A DNA stretch of 64,000 nucleotides from Candidatus Aldehydirespiratoraceae bacterium (GTDB lineage: Bacteria > Actinomycetota > Acidimicrobiia > Acidimicrobiales > Aldehydirespiratoraceae), in NCBI GenBank assembly GCA_965205465.1, contig OZ242187.1, positions 2,902,244 to 2,966,243 on the forward strand. The letters run 5' to 3'. Shown piece after piece: positions 34,466 to 44,544 of this stretch (position 1 is the first letter of the stretch; every line of letters begins with the position of its first letter). The position numbers and the translations under genes are program-made. The notes beneath the pieces are model-generated. The model was not told the DNA's origin and ran no database searches. It saw only the letters and a list, made by a program, of their open reading frames with translations.

Positions 34466-34798
34466 ATGGGACAACCGGTCACCTTCATCCGCTCCAGTTC
34501 GCCTCAGCCCGGAGTCGTGCGTTTTGAACTCAACCGCAGCCTCACCGGTATGGGCCACGAGCGCTATGCCGCTGACGACGAGATTCTGGGCGACCGCCCC
34601 CCTGACGTGTTGGCTCGACGCATCTTCGAGTTGGGCAACGTGTCGTCGATCCACATGTACAGTTCGATGGTGACCATCACGTTTGCCACGACCGAGCAAA
34701 GTGACCTGGAGTCGGTGGTGAGTGATCTGTTCACCTATTACGTGCCTGGTGTTGAGATCCCCGATGACGAAGAACTCATTGCCATGGTCCCCGGCTGA
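34466..34798 (+). CDS. Nfu/NifU N-terminal-domain-like small protein
   Basis: 110 aa. The pattern ..VRFELNRSLTGMGHERY....SSMVTITF.. resembles scaffold Nfu_N domains. Confidence 0.45.
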   Translation: MGQPVTFIRSSSPQPGVVRFELNRSLTGMGHERYAADDEILGDRPPDVLARRIFELGNVSSIHMYSSMVTITFATTEQSDLESVVSDLFTYYVPGVEIPDDEELIAMVPG

Positions 34799-34813
34799 TC
34801 GACGTCCGATTCG

Positions 34814-34901
34814 CTTCGGTAACTATGTGGCCTTCGGTAACTATGTGGCCTTCGGTAACTATGTGGCCTTCGGTAACTATGTGGCCTTCGGTAACTATGT
34901 G
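34814..34901. repeat. Perfect 18-bp tandem repeat, about 4.9 copies (CTTCGGTAACTATGTGGC)
   Basis: Read directly from the sequence: four identical full units plus 16 nt of a fifth. It lies between convergent genes, and the last unit supplies the TAG stop of the minus-strand gene ending at 34895. Confidence 0.95.
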
Positions 34902-35686
34902 ATGTGTGCCCAGCGTCGAATCCAGGCGTGCATGGCTATGCCCGCGGCGACCCCTGCGTTGATCGATCGGGTGGACCCGTACTGAGCTATTGAACACACT
35001 TGCTCGGCGGCTTGGTGAGCAGCGGGGGAGAGGCCGGGGCCTTCCTGGCCGAACAGCAGCACACAGCGCTGTGGTAGCTCGGTGTTCTCGATGGGGATCG
35101 AGCCGGGCAGGTTGTCGATGCCGATGATGGGCAGGGCTTCTGTTGCGGCCCAAGCGACCAGATCGCCGATCGTTTCGTGGTGTGTGATGTGTTGGTAGAC
35201 GTCGGTCATCATCGCCCCTCGGCGGTTCCATTTGCGCTTGCCGACAATGTGGACTTCCGCGGCAAGGAAGGCGTTGGCGGTACGCACGACCGTTCCGATA
35301 TTGCGGTCGTGCTCCCAGTTCTCTACGGCGACATGAAAACCGTGGCGACGCTGGTCGAGATCTTTTACGATCGCCTCTACCGACCAGTAGCGGTATTGGT
35401 CGATGACATTGCGCCTGTCTCCGTCGGCTAACAGTTCTGGATCGAGCCGCTCATCATCGGGCCAAGGCCCCTCGAAGGGTCCCACCCCCGTCTCTTGTTG
35501 TCCCCCAACTTCAACCACGATTGACGGTCCTTCGATAGTCGCTACTGATTCGTTACCAATTGTTGTCAAGTTAGTAGCAAACCTCGGTGACCGGAGCAGG
35601 GTCGGGTCAGTCGAGCAGAGGGTCGGAGCGAACTGGTTGAGGGGATAGGTATCGAGGTCGATCAGGTCTTCGAGGGCGCAGGTCAC
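34895..35686 (-). CDS. TrmH/SpoU-family RNA 2'-O-methyltransferase
   Basis: SpoU motifs NIGTVVRTANAF, LLFGQEGPGLS and IAQYGSTRSINAGVAAGIAMH. Start set at GTG 35686, 4 nt after the upstream stop. Confidence 0.75.
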   Translation of the reverse strand: MTCALEDLIDLDTYPLNQFAPTLCSTDPTLLRSPRFATNLTTIGNESVATIEGPSIVVEVGGQQETGVGPFEGPWPDDERLDPELLADGDRRNVIDQYRYWSVEAIVKDLDQRRHGFHVAVENWEHDRNIGTVVRTANAFLAAEVHIVGKRKWNRRGAMMTDVYQHITHHETIGDLVAWAATEALPIIGIDNLPGSIPIENTELPQRCVLLFGQEGPGLSPAAHQAAEQVCSIAQYGSTRSINAGVAAGIAMHAWIRRWAHIT

Positions 35687-35690
35687 TTGA

Positions 35691-36626
35691 TCACTGCTCC
35701 GAGGGGGCAACCCAGTCCCCGTCGAGGCGCATGGACATGCCGGTGTCATCTTCGATGCGTTTGACGACATGCAGTTCGCCCACGTCGGTTCCGTAGCGTG
35801 CCGCGGCCTGATCGAACACTGCGTGCGCAGCGGCGGTCATGGGCAGATCCGTGTTCACGTTCTGGCCGAGTTCGGAAAGGAGGCCGAGGTCCTTGATACA
35901 GAGGTCAAGGGTGAAGGAGGGGTCGTAGTGCCCAGTGAAGACGCTCGGCGCGTCGTGGCGGACGACGAAGCTGTCACCGACGCTTTCTTTGATGGCATGC
36001 CACAGCGTTGCCAATTCAACGCCGTTCGCCATCCCCATAGCGAACCCCTCGCCGAGCGCTGCGGCAGAAATGAACCAGAGTTGGTTGGTTACGAGTTTCA
36101 CGACGTTGCCGGAGCCCAAAGAACCACACGTGATCACCAAACCGAGGTTCTCCAACACTTTTGTCGCCTTGGCAACGGGTTCGGTTTCGCCGGAGATGAA
36201 GAGTGTCAGAGTGCCATTGCGAGCACCGACGACCGCGCCGGTCACAGGTGAATCGACCACCTGCACGCCCGGGGGTGCCTCGCCCGCTAGTTCGATGATG
36301 AGGTCCTTGCGGTTGGTGGTGAGATCAACCCAGATCGATCCTGGCTGCATCGCCGCGAGCGCCCCGTCTGCGCCGGCCATGACGGTTTCGACATGTCTGG
36401 GATGAGGCAGCGAAGTCAACAACAGGTCGACTTGGCCGGCGCATGTCGGCGCTGAACCTGCAGCGGTGGCACCAGCGGTGACAGCCTCGTCCAATGCCGA
36501 GTCGTCGATATCGAAGGCGACCACGTCGTAACCGGCGGCGATCAGGCGGCGGCACATCGGACCGCCCATGTTGCCGAGTCCTACGAAACCGACCCTCGGC
36601 AATTTGGTTTTTCGTGTACGTGTCAA
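35691..36626 (-). CDS. 3-hydroxyisobutyrate dehydrogenase-family NAD(P) oxidoreductase
   Basis: VGFVGLGNMGGPMCRRL Rossmann motif and typical family length. Confidence 0.85.
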   Translation of the reverse strand: MTRTRKTKLPRVGFVGLGNMGGPMCRRLIAAGYDVVAFDIDDSALDEAVTAGATAAGSAPTCAGQVDLLLTSLPHPRHVETVMAGADGALAAMQPGSIWVDLTTNRKDLIIELAGEAPPGVQVVDSPVTGAVVGARNGTLTLFISGETEPVAKATKVLENLGLVITCGSLGSGNVVKLVTNQLWFISAAALGEGFAMGMANGVELATLWHAIKESVGDSFVVRHDAPSVFTGHYDPSFTLDLCIKDLGLLSELGQNVNTDLPMTAAAHAVFDQAAARYGTDVGELHVVKRIEDDTGMSMRLDGDWVAPSEQ

Positions 36627-36659
36627 GCCTTCACCCTTCTGAACGCAACGGGCGGTCTG

Positions 36660-37058
36660 TCATGCTGTCGACAATGGAATCCAGACGATTCCGTCGATGT
36701 GCTCGAAGTGGCTGTCGCCCGATAAGAGGTCGGCGCCGGTTTCCATGGCATGGGCGGCGATCCAGACATCGTTTGTCGGTATGGGGCAGCCCTTGGCTCG
36801 GAGGGTCGCCGCTATTCGGGAGTAGCGGTCGGCGGTGACCGAGCCCACGTCGACAAGGGTCGAATACGGGCTGTTGAGTATGGAACGCAGATCGGCGGCG
36901 TTCTGCTCGAAGCGCGTCCCGTGGCGGAATCCGTAGAGAAGCTCGCCGACGACGACGGCAGAAAACAACAACTCCTCGGCCTCCCTCACAATCTCTGCGA
37001 CCTGCTCATGTCCTCGCATGAGCATGGAGTATGCGTTGGTGTCCAATAGGACCCTCAC
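36660..37058 (-). CDS. vapC: PIN-domain toxin VapC
   Basis: Begins MRVLLDTNAY, with ..D...IAAHA.. acidic residues. 4-nt overlap with the upstream antitoxin gene. Confidence 0.85.
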   Translation of the reverse strand: MRVLLDTNAYSMLMRGHEQVAEIVREAEELLFSAVVVGELLYGFRHGTRFEQNAADLRSILNSPYSTLVDVGSVTADRYSRIAATLRAKGCPIPTNDVWIAAHAMETGADLLSGDSHFEHIDGIVWIPLSTA

Positions 37059-37318
37059 CCCCAGGCGTCCTCGTCAACGGTTTCGAGATCCTTGATGGCG
37101 GCTTCAAACTCGTCGGCCTCCTGTGCAGTCCAACTGCCGATCAGGTCGTCGAGGGACGACCCCACCGTCCAAGGCCGCTCAACATCCTCACTCAGCCCAG
37201 CGCCGCGTCGGAGCAGCTTCAGCGCAGCTTGATTGAGCGAGATCTTCTCACGAGCAGCGAGTCGGCGCATTGCCGCACTCAACTCATCGCCGAACCCCCG
37301 AACTGTGAGCTGGTCCAT
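37055..37318 (-). CDS. vapB: VapB-type antitoxin (RHH-like)
   Basis: 87 aa. Begins MDQLTVRGFGDELSAAMRRLAAREKISLNQAALKLL. Sits directly upstream of vapC. Confidence 0.7.
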   Translation of the reverse strand: MDQLTVRGFGDELSAAMRRLAAREKISLNQAALKLLRRGAGLSEDVERPWTVGSSLDDLIGSWTAQEADEFEAAIKDLETVDEDAWG

Positions 37319-37331
37319 TCCTGCCTCCCTG

Positions 37332-37375
37332 TATGACTCACTAGTGACTCACTATACCTCAGAAAATGAGTCATC
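37332..37375 (-). promoter_or_regulatory. vapBC promoter/operator with TGACTCA repeats
   Basis: ATGACTCAC (37333-41) and GTGACTCAC (37344-52) are direct repeats. ATGAGTCAT (37366-74) is inverted. On the minus strand they flank a TATAGT -10-like hexamer and the GGGAGG Shine-Dalgarno (SD) sequence of vapB. Confidence 0.5.
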
Positions 37376-37465
37376 AACCGGCGCCGTCACAGAAGGCCGG
37401 TCGGGGCGGAGCGGGCAAGTCGAGCAGGGGGTCTGAGCGGCGGTGGTGTTGCGGGGCGTAGCCGG

Positions 37466-38212
37466 CTACCGCTTCAGGCCCGCCCTTGCCACCGCGGTTG
37501 CGTGGGCGGCTTGTTCGAGTGTGTCGTCGAGGGGTTCGAGTTCAAGGTTTGCGCCGGAGTGATCCAGCGCCCATCGCAGCACGGTGTCGGCCAGCCAGGG
37601 GTTCTTGGGCAATAGCGGCCCGTGGAGGTAAGTACCGATACGGCGGCCAGATACGGCGCCCTCAAAGCCGTCCTCGCCGTTGTTCCCGTGGCCTTTCTCG
37701 ACTCGTCCCAACGGGGTGCACTCTGATCCCAGACGAGTACGACCGGCGTGGTTCTCATAGCCCACCACCGTGCCGGTTCGGCCGTCCAAGTTCACCGTGA
37801 GAACCACATCGCCGATAAGCCTGTCGGTTCCGGCGGTGGTTTCCAGATCCAGCAGACCCGTGCCGGCCATCTTTTGACCATTGGCGGCCACGTAACTGTG
37901 CCCCATGAGCTGATATCCGCCGCACACCGCCAGCACCGCGGCTCCGCCGTCGGCTACTCGCCTCAGAGAGTCGGCCTTGGCGACCAAGTCCTGGGCCACC
38001 AATAGCTGATCTCGGTCTTGGCCGCCGCCCAGGTAGTAGAGGTTGCAGTCGTCGGGTATTTCGTCACCGAGACCGACCTCGACCACCTCCAGCGTCAACC
38101 CCCGCCACTCCAATCGGCGCTGGAACACTGCAACGTTGCCCCGGTCTGCGTAGATGTTCAGATGGTCGGGGTACAGATGCCCAAGCCGCACCACCGGACG
38201 GTTCGTGCTCAT
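37466..38212 (-). CDS. gatD: Lipid II isoglutaminyl synthase glutaminase subunit GatD (CobQ-type GATase)
   Basis: Start at the internal ATG gives MSTNRPVVRLGHLYPDHLNIYADRGN... Contains ..AVCGGYQLMG.. ATGA overlap with murT. Confidence 0.85.
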   Translation of the reverse strand: MSTNRPVVRLGHLYPDHLNIYADRGNVAVFQRRLEWRGLTLEVVEVGLGDEIPDDCNLYYLGGGQDRDQLLVAQDLVAKADSLRRVADGGAAVLAVCGGYQLMGHSYVAANGQKMAGTGLLDLETTAGTDRLIGDVVLTVNLDGRTGTVVGYENHAGRTRLGSECTPLGRVEKGHGNNGEDGFEGAVSGRRIGTYLHGPLLPKNPWLADTVLRWALDHSGANLELEPLDDTLEQAAHATAVARAGLKR

Positions 38213-39594
38213 TGGTCCTCCCAGAATTTCCCCACCAGCCCGCGGTTCGCGAGCACATGGCGAAAGTCCAACATCGCCGTGTAAGTGGGTAAGACGTACA
38301 AGCGCCCGTTGGGGCCGCAAGCTTGCAAAGCCATGTCGAAGGCGGCGGCGGATTCAGGCACCACCGACATCCTGGTTGAGTCTGCACCGGCGTAGCGGAA
38401 CCGCAAAGCAAGGTCATGGGCCCGAGTTCCGCCCAGAGTGAGCGATGTGAGTCGGTCTTGATCCAACAGGAGTTCGTAGTCCACATCCCAAATCCAAGAC
38501 ACGTCCTGACCATCGGCGGTGCGGTCGTTGAGCAGGATCAGCAAATGCAGCGGATGGCTCTCGTTCAAGACCATGCGGAGGTTTTCGTTGGCTCCGGCGG
38601 GGTTCTTGGCCAACAGCGTGGTTACGCGCCTCTGCCCCACAGCGATGTGTTCTGCTCGCCCGAAAGCCGCGCCGCGCTTCCCCAGTGCTTCGGCGATGGT
38701 TTCGGGGGCCAGTCCGACAGCGAGAGCGGTTGCTGTTGCCGCAACAGCGTTGTAGGTGTTGGGTAGCCCAGGTAGACGCAGCGACACATCTATCGATCCG
38801 CCAGCGCTGGAGATGGCGACCCGCTGTCCGTCCATTCCCTGAAGCGCCACTGTGGTCGCACGCACCTCCGGTTGTGGTCGGCTGAGCCCGCACGACGGGC
38901 AACTCCACTGTCCGAGGTGGCCGATAGTGACCATCCGATAATGGAGCGGGGTGTCGCAGCGACGGCAGTTGGTGTTGTCCGCAGCATGTGAGAGGTGTTC
39001 TCTGCCGACATCTGGATCGTCGATCCCGTAGCAGACGGAGTTTGCGTGCTCGGCACCGATCTCAGCCAGTGCGGGATCATCCGCGTTGTAAACCAAGGTC
39101 GTGTCGGGGTCCAACTCGGCCACAACGGACCGCCACCTCTGCGCCAAGTGTTCAAGTTCGCCGTAGCGGTCGAGTTGATCGCGGAACAGGTTCATCAGGG
39201 TGACGACTTTCGGACGGGTTTGTTTCACCAACGCGCCTAGGGCGGCCTCGTCCACTTCGAACAGGGCGATGTCGGGGTTTTCGGCATGCATCAGAGCTGT
39301 AGCCACACCGCGTTCGAGGTTTGAACCAGCCGTGTTGGCCACAACCTGGGCACCGGAGGCATCGAGTGCTGAACGAATGAGTCGGGCAGTAGTGGTTTTC
39401 CCGTTCGTACCCGACAGAAGGATCACGCCATCTGGAATTGCCCTCGCCATCTCCGCGGTGGCTTGGGGGCGCAGGCGGTTGAGTAGCAGGCCCGGCAAGG
39501 TGGTCCCCCCGCCCCGACCAAGGCGACGTGACAGGCGACCGGCTGCGCGAGCGACTGTCGCAGCCAACCAGAGGGGTAGCGTCGGATACTTCAT
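38209..39594 (-). CDS. murT: Lipid II isoglutaminyl synthase subunit MurT (Mur-ligase family)
   Basis: Contains SGTNGKTTTARL, a Zn ribbon (CRRCDTPLHY..WSCPSCG) and a DUF1727-like C-terminus. Confidence 0.85.
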   Translation of the reverse strand: MKYPTLPLWLAATVARAAGRLSRRLGRGGGTTLPGLLLNRLRPQATAEMARAIPDGVILLSGTNGKTTTARLIRSALDASGAQVVANTAGSNLERGVATALMHAENPDIALFEVDEAALGALVKQTRPKVVTLMNLFRDQLDRYGELEHLAQRWRSVVAELDPDTTLVYNADDPALAEIGAEHANSVCYGIDDPDVGREHLSHAADNTNCRRCDTPLHYRMVTIGHLGQWSCPSCGLSRPQPEVRATTVALQGMDGQRVAISSAGGSIDVSLRLPGLPNTYNAVAATATALAVGLAPETIAEALGKRGAAFGRAEHIAVGQRRVTTLLAKNPAGANENLRMVLNESHPLHLLILLNDRTADGQDVSWIWDVDYELLLDQDRLTSLTLGGTRAHDLALRFRYAGADSTRMSVVPESAAAFDMALQACGPNGRLYVLPTYTAMLDFRHVLANRGLVGKFWEDQ

Positions 39595-39796
39595 CAGGCA
39601 GCCATCAATGCTTTTGGTCCAGCGGATATGGGCGGTCAACGGTTATATCGGCCACTGGGGTCCTTCGCGGGAGGCGGTTCGCAGCCGAATCTACCCGCGT
39701 ATAAGAGGGGCATTGCGGATCATCCGAGTCTGTGGGTCAACCGTGTAAAGTTGTTTCTCGGGAAATTTCCTAGGAGCGGAGAATCCGCGTGAGGAG

Positions 39797-40894
39797 TTGA
39801 ACATGGGTGTCGGACGCACCGAGATGGTTAACGGCGCGCTACCTTCGCCGTTTCCTGAAGGCTGGTATTTCGTCGCACGTCGTGAGTCCCTAGAGAAGAC
39901 CAAGCTCATCCAAAAGACCTGGATGGGCGAGGACATCGTCATCTGGTGTGACGAGAGTGGAAACGTCTGTGTCGCCGAGGCCTTTTGCGCGCACCTGGGT
40001 TCCAATCTGGGCCCCGCCGCAGGGGGATGTGTACGCGACGGCCGACTCGTGTGTCCCTTCCACGGTTTTGAGTACGACGCCGATGGCCATTGCGTTGCCA
40101 CTCCCTATGCCCCGGCACCGCCCGACATGCGCTTGCGAGTGTTTGAGACAACGGAGATGGTCGGTCTGATCTTCGCTTGGTGGGGGATCGGGGGAAGGGC
40201 GCCGCAATGGAGCCTCCCCGTGGAACCACCGGATCAAGCTGTTTGGAGCAATACCCGCATCTGGACCCACCGCTTTCCGGGTCATCCCCAGGAAACAACG
40301 GAGAATGCAGTGGATCTGGCCCACCTTCGTTACGTCCATGGCTACGACAGCGTCGGCCGCGTCGAAACGATAGCGGTGGACGGCCCCCGATTCGAGAGCA
40401 ATTTCGACTTCGCCACGACCCGCAGAGTTGCCGGAGTACCGTTGGTCAGTCTCAACTTCACCGCCCACACCGAGATCTTTGGACTCGGCTATTCGTTCGT
40501 GGGTGTACGCGAGCACTCGATTGGATTGGATTTACGCCTCTGGGTGCTGGCGACGCCAGTGGACGGCACGCTCATTGATTTGTCGATCGTCTCACAGGTA
40601 CGAGAGATCCGGAATCCGAGCCGCTGGATTCCAGGTCTGGGATTTCTCCCGCGGAAGCTGCGAGCGCCCCTGATGAACCGAATCGTGCTGTATTTTCAAC
40701 GGCACGACGTAATGCAGGATGTAGTCATATGGAGCCGCAAACAGTCCCGAATGCAGCCGCTCCTGTCACGTTCTGACGGTGAGATCATGGCGTACCGCGC
40801 ATACTGCGCGCAGTTCTATCCCAACGGTCTGCTTGTGGCGAGCGATGGAGAGAAAATCGACGACCAACCGGTAACCAAAGACGAACTGGAATAG
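39797..40894 (+). CDS. Rieske [2Fe-2S] non-haem-iron oxygenase
   Basis: Rieske motifs CAHLGSNL...CPFHGFEY. Mononuclear iron motif DLAHLRYVH (D-x2-H-x4-H). Confidence 0.8.
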   Translation: MNMGVGRTEMVNGALPSPFPEGWYFVARRESLEKTKLIQKTWMGEDIVIWCDESGNVCVAEAFCAHLGSNLGPAAGGCVRDGRLVCPFHGFEYDADGHCVATPYAPAPPDMRLRVFETTEMVGLIFAWWGIGGRAPQWSLPVEPPDQAVWSNTRIWTHRFPGHPQETTENAVDLAHLRYVHGYDSVGRVETIAVDGPRFESNFDFATTRRVAGVPLVSLNFTAHTEIFGLGYSFVGVREHSIGLDLRLWVLATPVDGTLIDLSIVSQVREIRNPSRWIPGLGFLPRKLRAPLMNRIVLYFQRHDVMQDVVIWSRKQSRMQPLLSRSDGEIMAYRAYCAQFYPNGLLVASDGEKIDDQPVTKDELE

Positions 40895-40900
40895 CGGGCA

Positions 40901-42289
40901 ATGACAACCACGCAGACGCGGGCAACACCGCGGCGAATTGCAATAATCGGTGGGGGCGTTTCGGGGCTAGGTGCGGCGTGGGCGCTGAACCATCATCCGG
41001 ATCGTTTTGATTTTCGGCTGTTCGAGGCGACCGAACGAATCGGTGGCAATGCAATCACCGCGGATATGCCGCAAGAGGATGGCACTTCGATTCCGTTCGA
41101 TATTTCGGTCACCGCCTGCATCCCGTCGGTGTATCAACACATTTTGTTGCTGTTGGACCGGTTCGACATCGACCTGATCGAAACCAGATTCAGCTACAGC
41201 GTCAAGTATGGGGGGCGGATCTACGCCCACGATTTCGATTCTGAAATACGCGAGCAACTGCAGGCCGAGATCGCACGATTCCAACGGCTCTTACGGCGTC
41301 TACACAAGTTCGGCTGGTTGAGCCGCTCGCCTTCCAAGTTTCTGAACGCCCTCAATCCGCTCAACTACATCAGCATGGGGACGATTCTGAACTGGGGAGG
41401 GTTCTCCGGTGATTTCAGGTACAAGATCCTCAAACCCATGTTCGTCAATTTCTTGATGGCAACGAACGTGTTCGACATGCCTGCGGCGCTGTTCGCGCGA
41501 TATCTCGAGTTCTTCGACATCGAATCTGCGACTCCGATGCAGACGTGGGACCAGGGAACAAGGCGCATCTACGAACACCTATCGGCTGACTATCGAGACA
41601 AGATCTACCTGAACCGGCCTGTTGAGAAGGTGTATCGCTCGGAGTCCTCGGTCGTGGTTGAGGACACTGCGGGCGTATGTGAGACCTTTGATGAGGTGAT
41701 CTTCGCTTGCAATGCGAATCAGACGCTGATGATCCTCGACAAACCCACCCGCTTTGAGCGCTATCTGCTCTCGTCGGTCCGTTACGAAAGCGAACTCCAC
41801 AACCACACCATCGTCCACTCCGACGCCTCAGTCCTTCCAGACAATGAGGTGAAACCCCTGACAACGCGGAGTAACCACATCGAACAATATGGGACGAGAC
41901 CAGACAATTACGAGATCACCTACATCATGCACAACCAGCAACCGTGGGCCAATCGGTCTGACAAGCCTTGTCTGGTGACCTACAACCCGATCACCCCCAT
42001 CGATGACGCCAAGATCGTCAAGAGGTGGTGGTTCCAACACATCGTGCACGATGTGCGTCACGTTGCGCTGACCGTCAACTCTTTCCGCTTTGTCCAAGGC
42101 AAGAGGCGAACCTGGCACTGCGGCGCCCACACGTTGATCAACAGCCAGGAGACCTGCCTCGTTACCGGACTGGCCGCGGCAAGACAGATCGGCGCGGACT
42201 ATCCCTTCGACGATGCCGAGACGACACGGCTGTTCAACTACTACGGCAGCATCCTGCACGGTGGGCGGTTCCGGAAGGTGAAGCGCTGA
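40901..42289 (+). CDS. FAD-dependent (amine-oxidase-like) oxidoreductase
   Basis: The motif IAIIGGGVSGLGAAWAL...FEATERIGGN is a dinucleotide-binding fold. Confidence 0.8.
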   Translation: MTTTQTRATPRRIAIIGGGVSGLGAAWALNHHPDRFDFRLFEATERIGGNAITADMPQEDGTSIPFDISVTACIPSVYQHILLLLDRFDIDLIETRFSYSVKYGGRIYAHDFDSEIREQLQAEIARFQRLLRRLHKFGWLSRSPSKFLNALNPLNYISMGTILNWGGFSGDFRYKILKPMFVNFLMATNVFDMPAALFARYLEFFDIESATPMQTWDQGTRRIYEHLSADYRDKIYLNRPVEKVYRSESSVVVEDTAGVCETFDEVIFACNANQTLMILDKPTRFERYLLSSVRYESELHNHTIVHSDASVLPDNEVKPLTTRSNHIEQYGTRPDNYEITYIMHNQQPWANRSDKPCLVTYNPITPIDDAKIVKRWWFQHIVHDVRHVALTVNSFRFVQGKRRTWHCGAHTLINSQETCLVTGLAAARQIGADYPFDDAETTRLFNYYGSILHGGRFRKVKR

Positions 42290-42359
42290 ACACCGCGGCT
42301 CCCCCTCAGCCGGTGGGCGATTCCCCGGCCCCGCGACCGGGAAGGTACAGTGACACGCC

Positions 42360-43090
42360 ATGACACGCGTGCTCGACAGGTTCAGTTGGCTGGTGACCTC
42401 CCGGCCGTGGATCACGATCCTTGTTCTGCTGGTGGTCACCGTTGGTCTCGGAGCGGGGGCGTCCCTCCGGGCCGAGCCGACTGAGGGAGCTTCGCTGGAG
42501 TTCCTTCCCTCGGACAGTCCCTACCTCGATGCGGTCGACGAGCTTGACGAGTTCTTCGGGGAGGCCGGCGACGTCAGTGTCGTGACTCTGGTGTTCCGCG
42601 GTGAGGCGTTCACACCCGGGGGCCTGTCGCAGATGGACGCCCTGGTGGACGAGATCATCGCGACTCCGGCCGTGGCGGCGCTGTTGATACCTCCAGATCC
42701 GATCATTGCGCCGTCTCTGTTGTTCGAGCACTTCGGGGGGGTCGGCGACTTCGGATCGGTCACCCAGCCAGAGATCGACGCGATCAGCGCCGTACCGGAG
42801 CTCGCGGGAGCGTTCGCGGCGATGTCGGGCGACGATGCCGACGGCACCTCGGTGACCGTCTCCACCATCCGCCTGCGCGACACCGGCGACGAGCGCATCG
42901 CCGAAGCAGAAAGGGCCGTCAACGACCTGGCGCTCAGTTCTGAGGGTCCGCTGCGCGTCAGCAGCGTGTCGCCGATCGTGGTCGAGGACGAGTACAAGGA
43001 GGCCACCGAGTCGGGCATGGGACCGTTGATCGGGCTGGCCCTGCTGTTGATCGCGGCGTTGATCCTGCTCTTCCTGCGCACATGGTCGGA
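42360..43090 (+). pseudogene. MMPL/RND transporter N-terminal fragment
   Basis: The first roughly 240 aa align by eye with the N-terminus of the intact MMPL at 44545. For example, VTLVFRGEAFTPGGLSQMDALVDEI matches VTVLFRGPSLSPDGLAQMDALGERV. Homology stops at ..LLFLRTWSD, and the ORF then runs out of frame. Confidence 0.6.
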
Positions 43091-44437
43091 TCGGTTGATC
43101 ACGAGGTTTCTCTCATGGACCGAGGAGCTATTGACTTCCCTGCGATGTTGCTTGGTATCAGCCGACTCCTGCAAACGGACGAATGGGTCCTCGGCCATTT
43201 TCGCAACCTCTATCGAGAAATACTCGTCGACGAGGGCCAGGACCTGACAGAAGTCCAAGCGAAGCTTCTGCGACAGCTCGCGGGCGACAGCGTCGGTCTC
43301 TTTGTCGTGGCGGACGACAAGCAGTCAATACGGGGATTCGCTGGCGGTGCTTTCGAGAATGCCAAGAAGCTCGTTCCTCGGGCGGCGAACGTTCCGCTCA
43401 CTCTTCGCCACAACTTTCGCTGTGCAAAGAAAATCTTGTGCGCGGCCGAATCCGTATTGCGGTCGCTGCCCGAAGATCAGTGCGAGGTGTACTCCCCAGA
43501 GAACATGCCGCCAGGGAAGGTCAGCACCATCGCGATGCGATCTCCTGAGACTGAGGCCGAATACGTCGCCTCGTGGGCATGCCGACTCATTGAACGTGGG
43601 CTAGACGGCGAAACGACTTCTGAGGGCGAGGACACTTCAGTCACTCCCGAGGACATCGCCATACTTGGAAGAACGAGATGGACTCTTGCCCCGCTGGTAG
43701 ACTCGTTGCAGGCTCGAGGCCTTGAACTGACCGTTCAAACAGACGCGGGAGTGTTCCTGAAGGAAGCGGAAGCCCGTCTGTTCGTCGATTGTCTTGCCTT
43801 CGCTCTGAACAACAATGATGCGCCTGCTGCACGTCGTGCGCTCGAGGAACTTCGGGAACTGATGCCTCAGCAGCGCTGCGACGATCCTCTGCAGGCGTTG
43901 AAGAACGCCGACGACGAGTCCTTGAGGGCCTTGGGGGATCTAGTCGCGTGCTCTGTGAATGGGCGAAGCGATTTTGCGATGGCGATGGATGCGCTGTCCG
44001 ACCACGGACAGGCGCACGGCTGGCAGGACGGAGCCCAGACCCTCAGCGATGAATGGAAGGACTACCGATCAAGGATGTCGGTGCAGGACCGATCCCCCAA
44101 AGGCTTCCTGGTGCATCTTGCGAGGACGCAGCGCACCCGCCCCACCGACCCGGGCGTACGGCTGTTGACCTTTGATCGTGCCAAGGGACTGGAATTCAAG
44201 GCCGTGGCACTGACCGGCGTCCGCGACGGACTGCTGCCGCACTACCGGGCTGATTCGGGGCAGGAGCGGGACGAAGACCGTCGCAGGCTCTACGTAGCCA
44301 TGACCCGGGCGTCTCGGGAATTGCTGATGTCATGGCCAGAGACCACCTACGACCGCTACGGCCGATCCCATGCGCAGACCCCCTCCCCCTTCCTGGTCGA
44401 AGCGGGACTCGCGACCACCGCATCCTCATCTCACTGA
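43082..44437 (+). pseudogene. UvrD/Rep-family helicase lacking its N-terminal (Walker A) region
   Basis: Homology starts inside domain 1A/1B (..AIDFPAMLL..FRNLYREILVDEGQDLTEVQ..). It continues to motif VI (LYVAMTRASRELLMSW). No GxGKT segment is present upstream. Confidence 0.6.
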
Positions 44438-44544
44438 AACGAGTCGGGATCATGAAGACGATCCTCGGTCTCGGTGTCTGGTACCCTGATTCGGCGTAAG
44501 GGCCAAATGACCGAGCCTCGACGGCAAGGACCGATTGATATCAC

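Noticed and set aside
34814-34901. Possible CRISPR array
   Set aside because: The units are contiguous with no spacers, the unit is only 18 bp, and no cas genes lie nearby. It is a simple tandem repeat.
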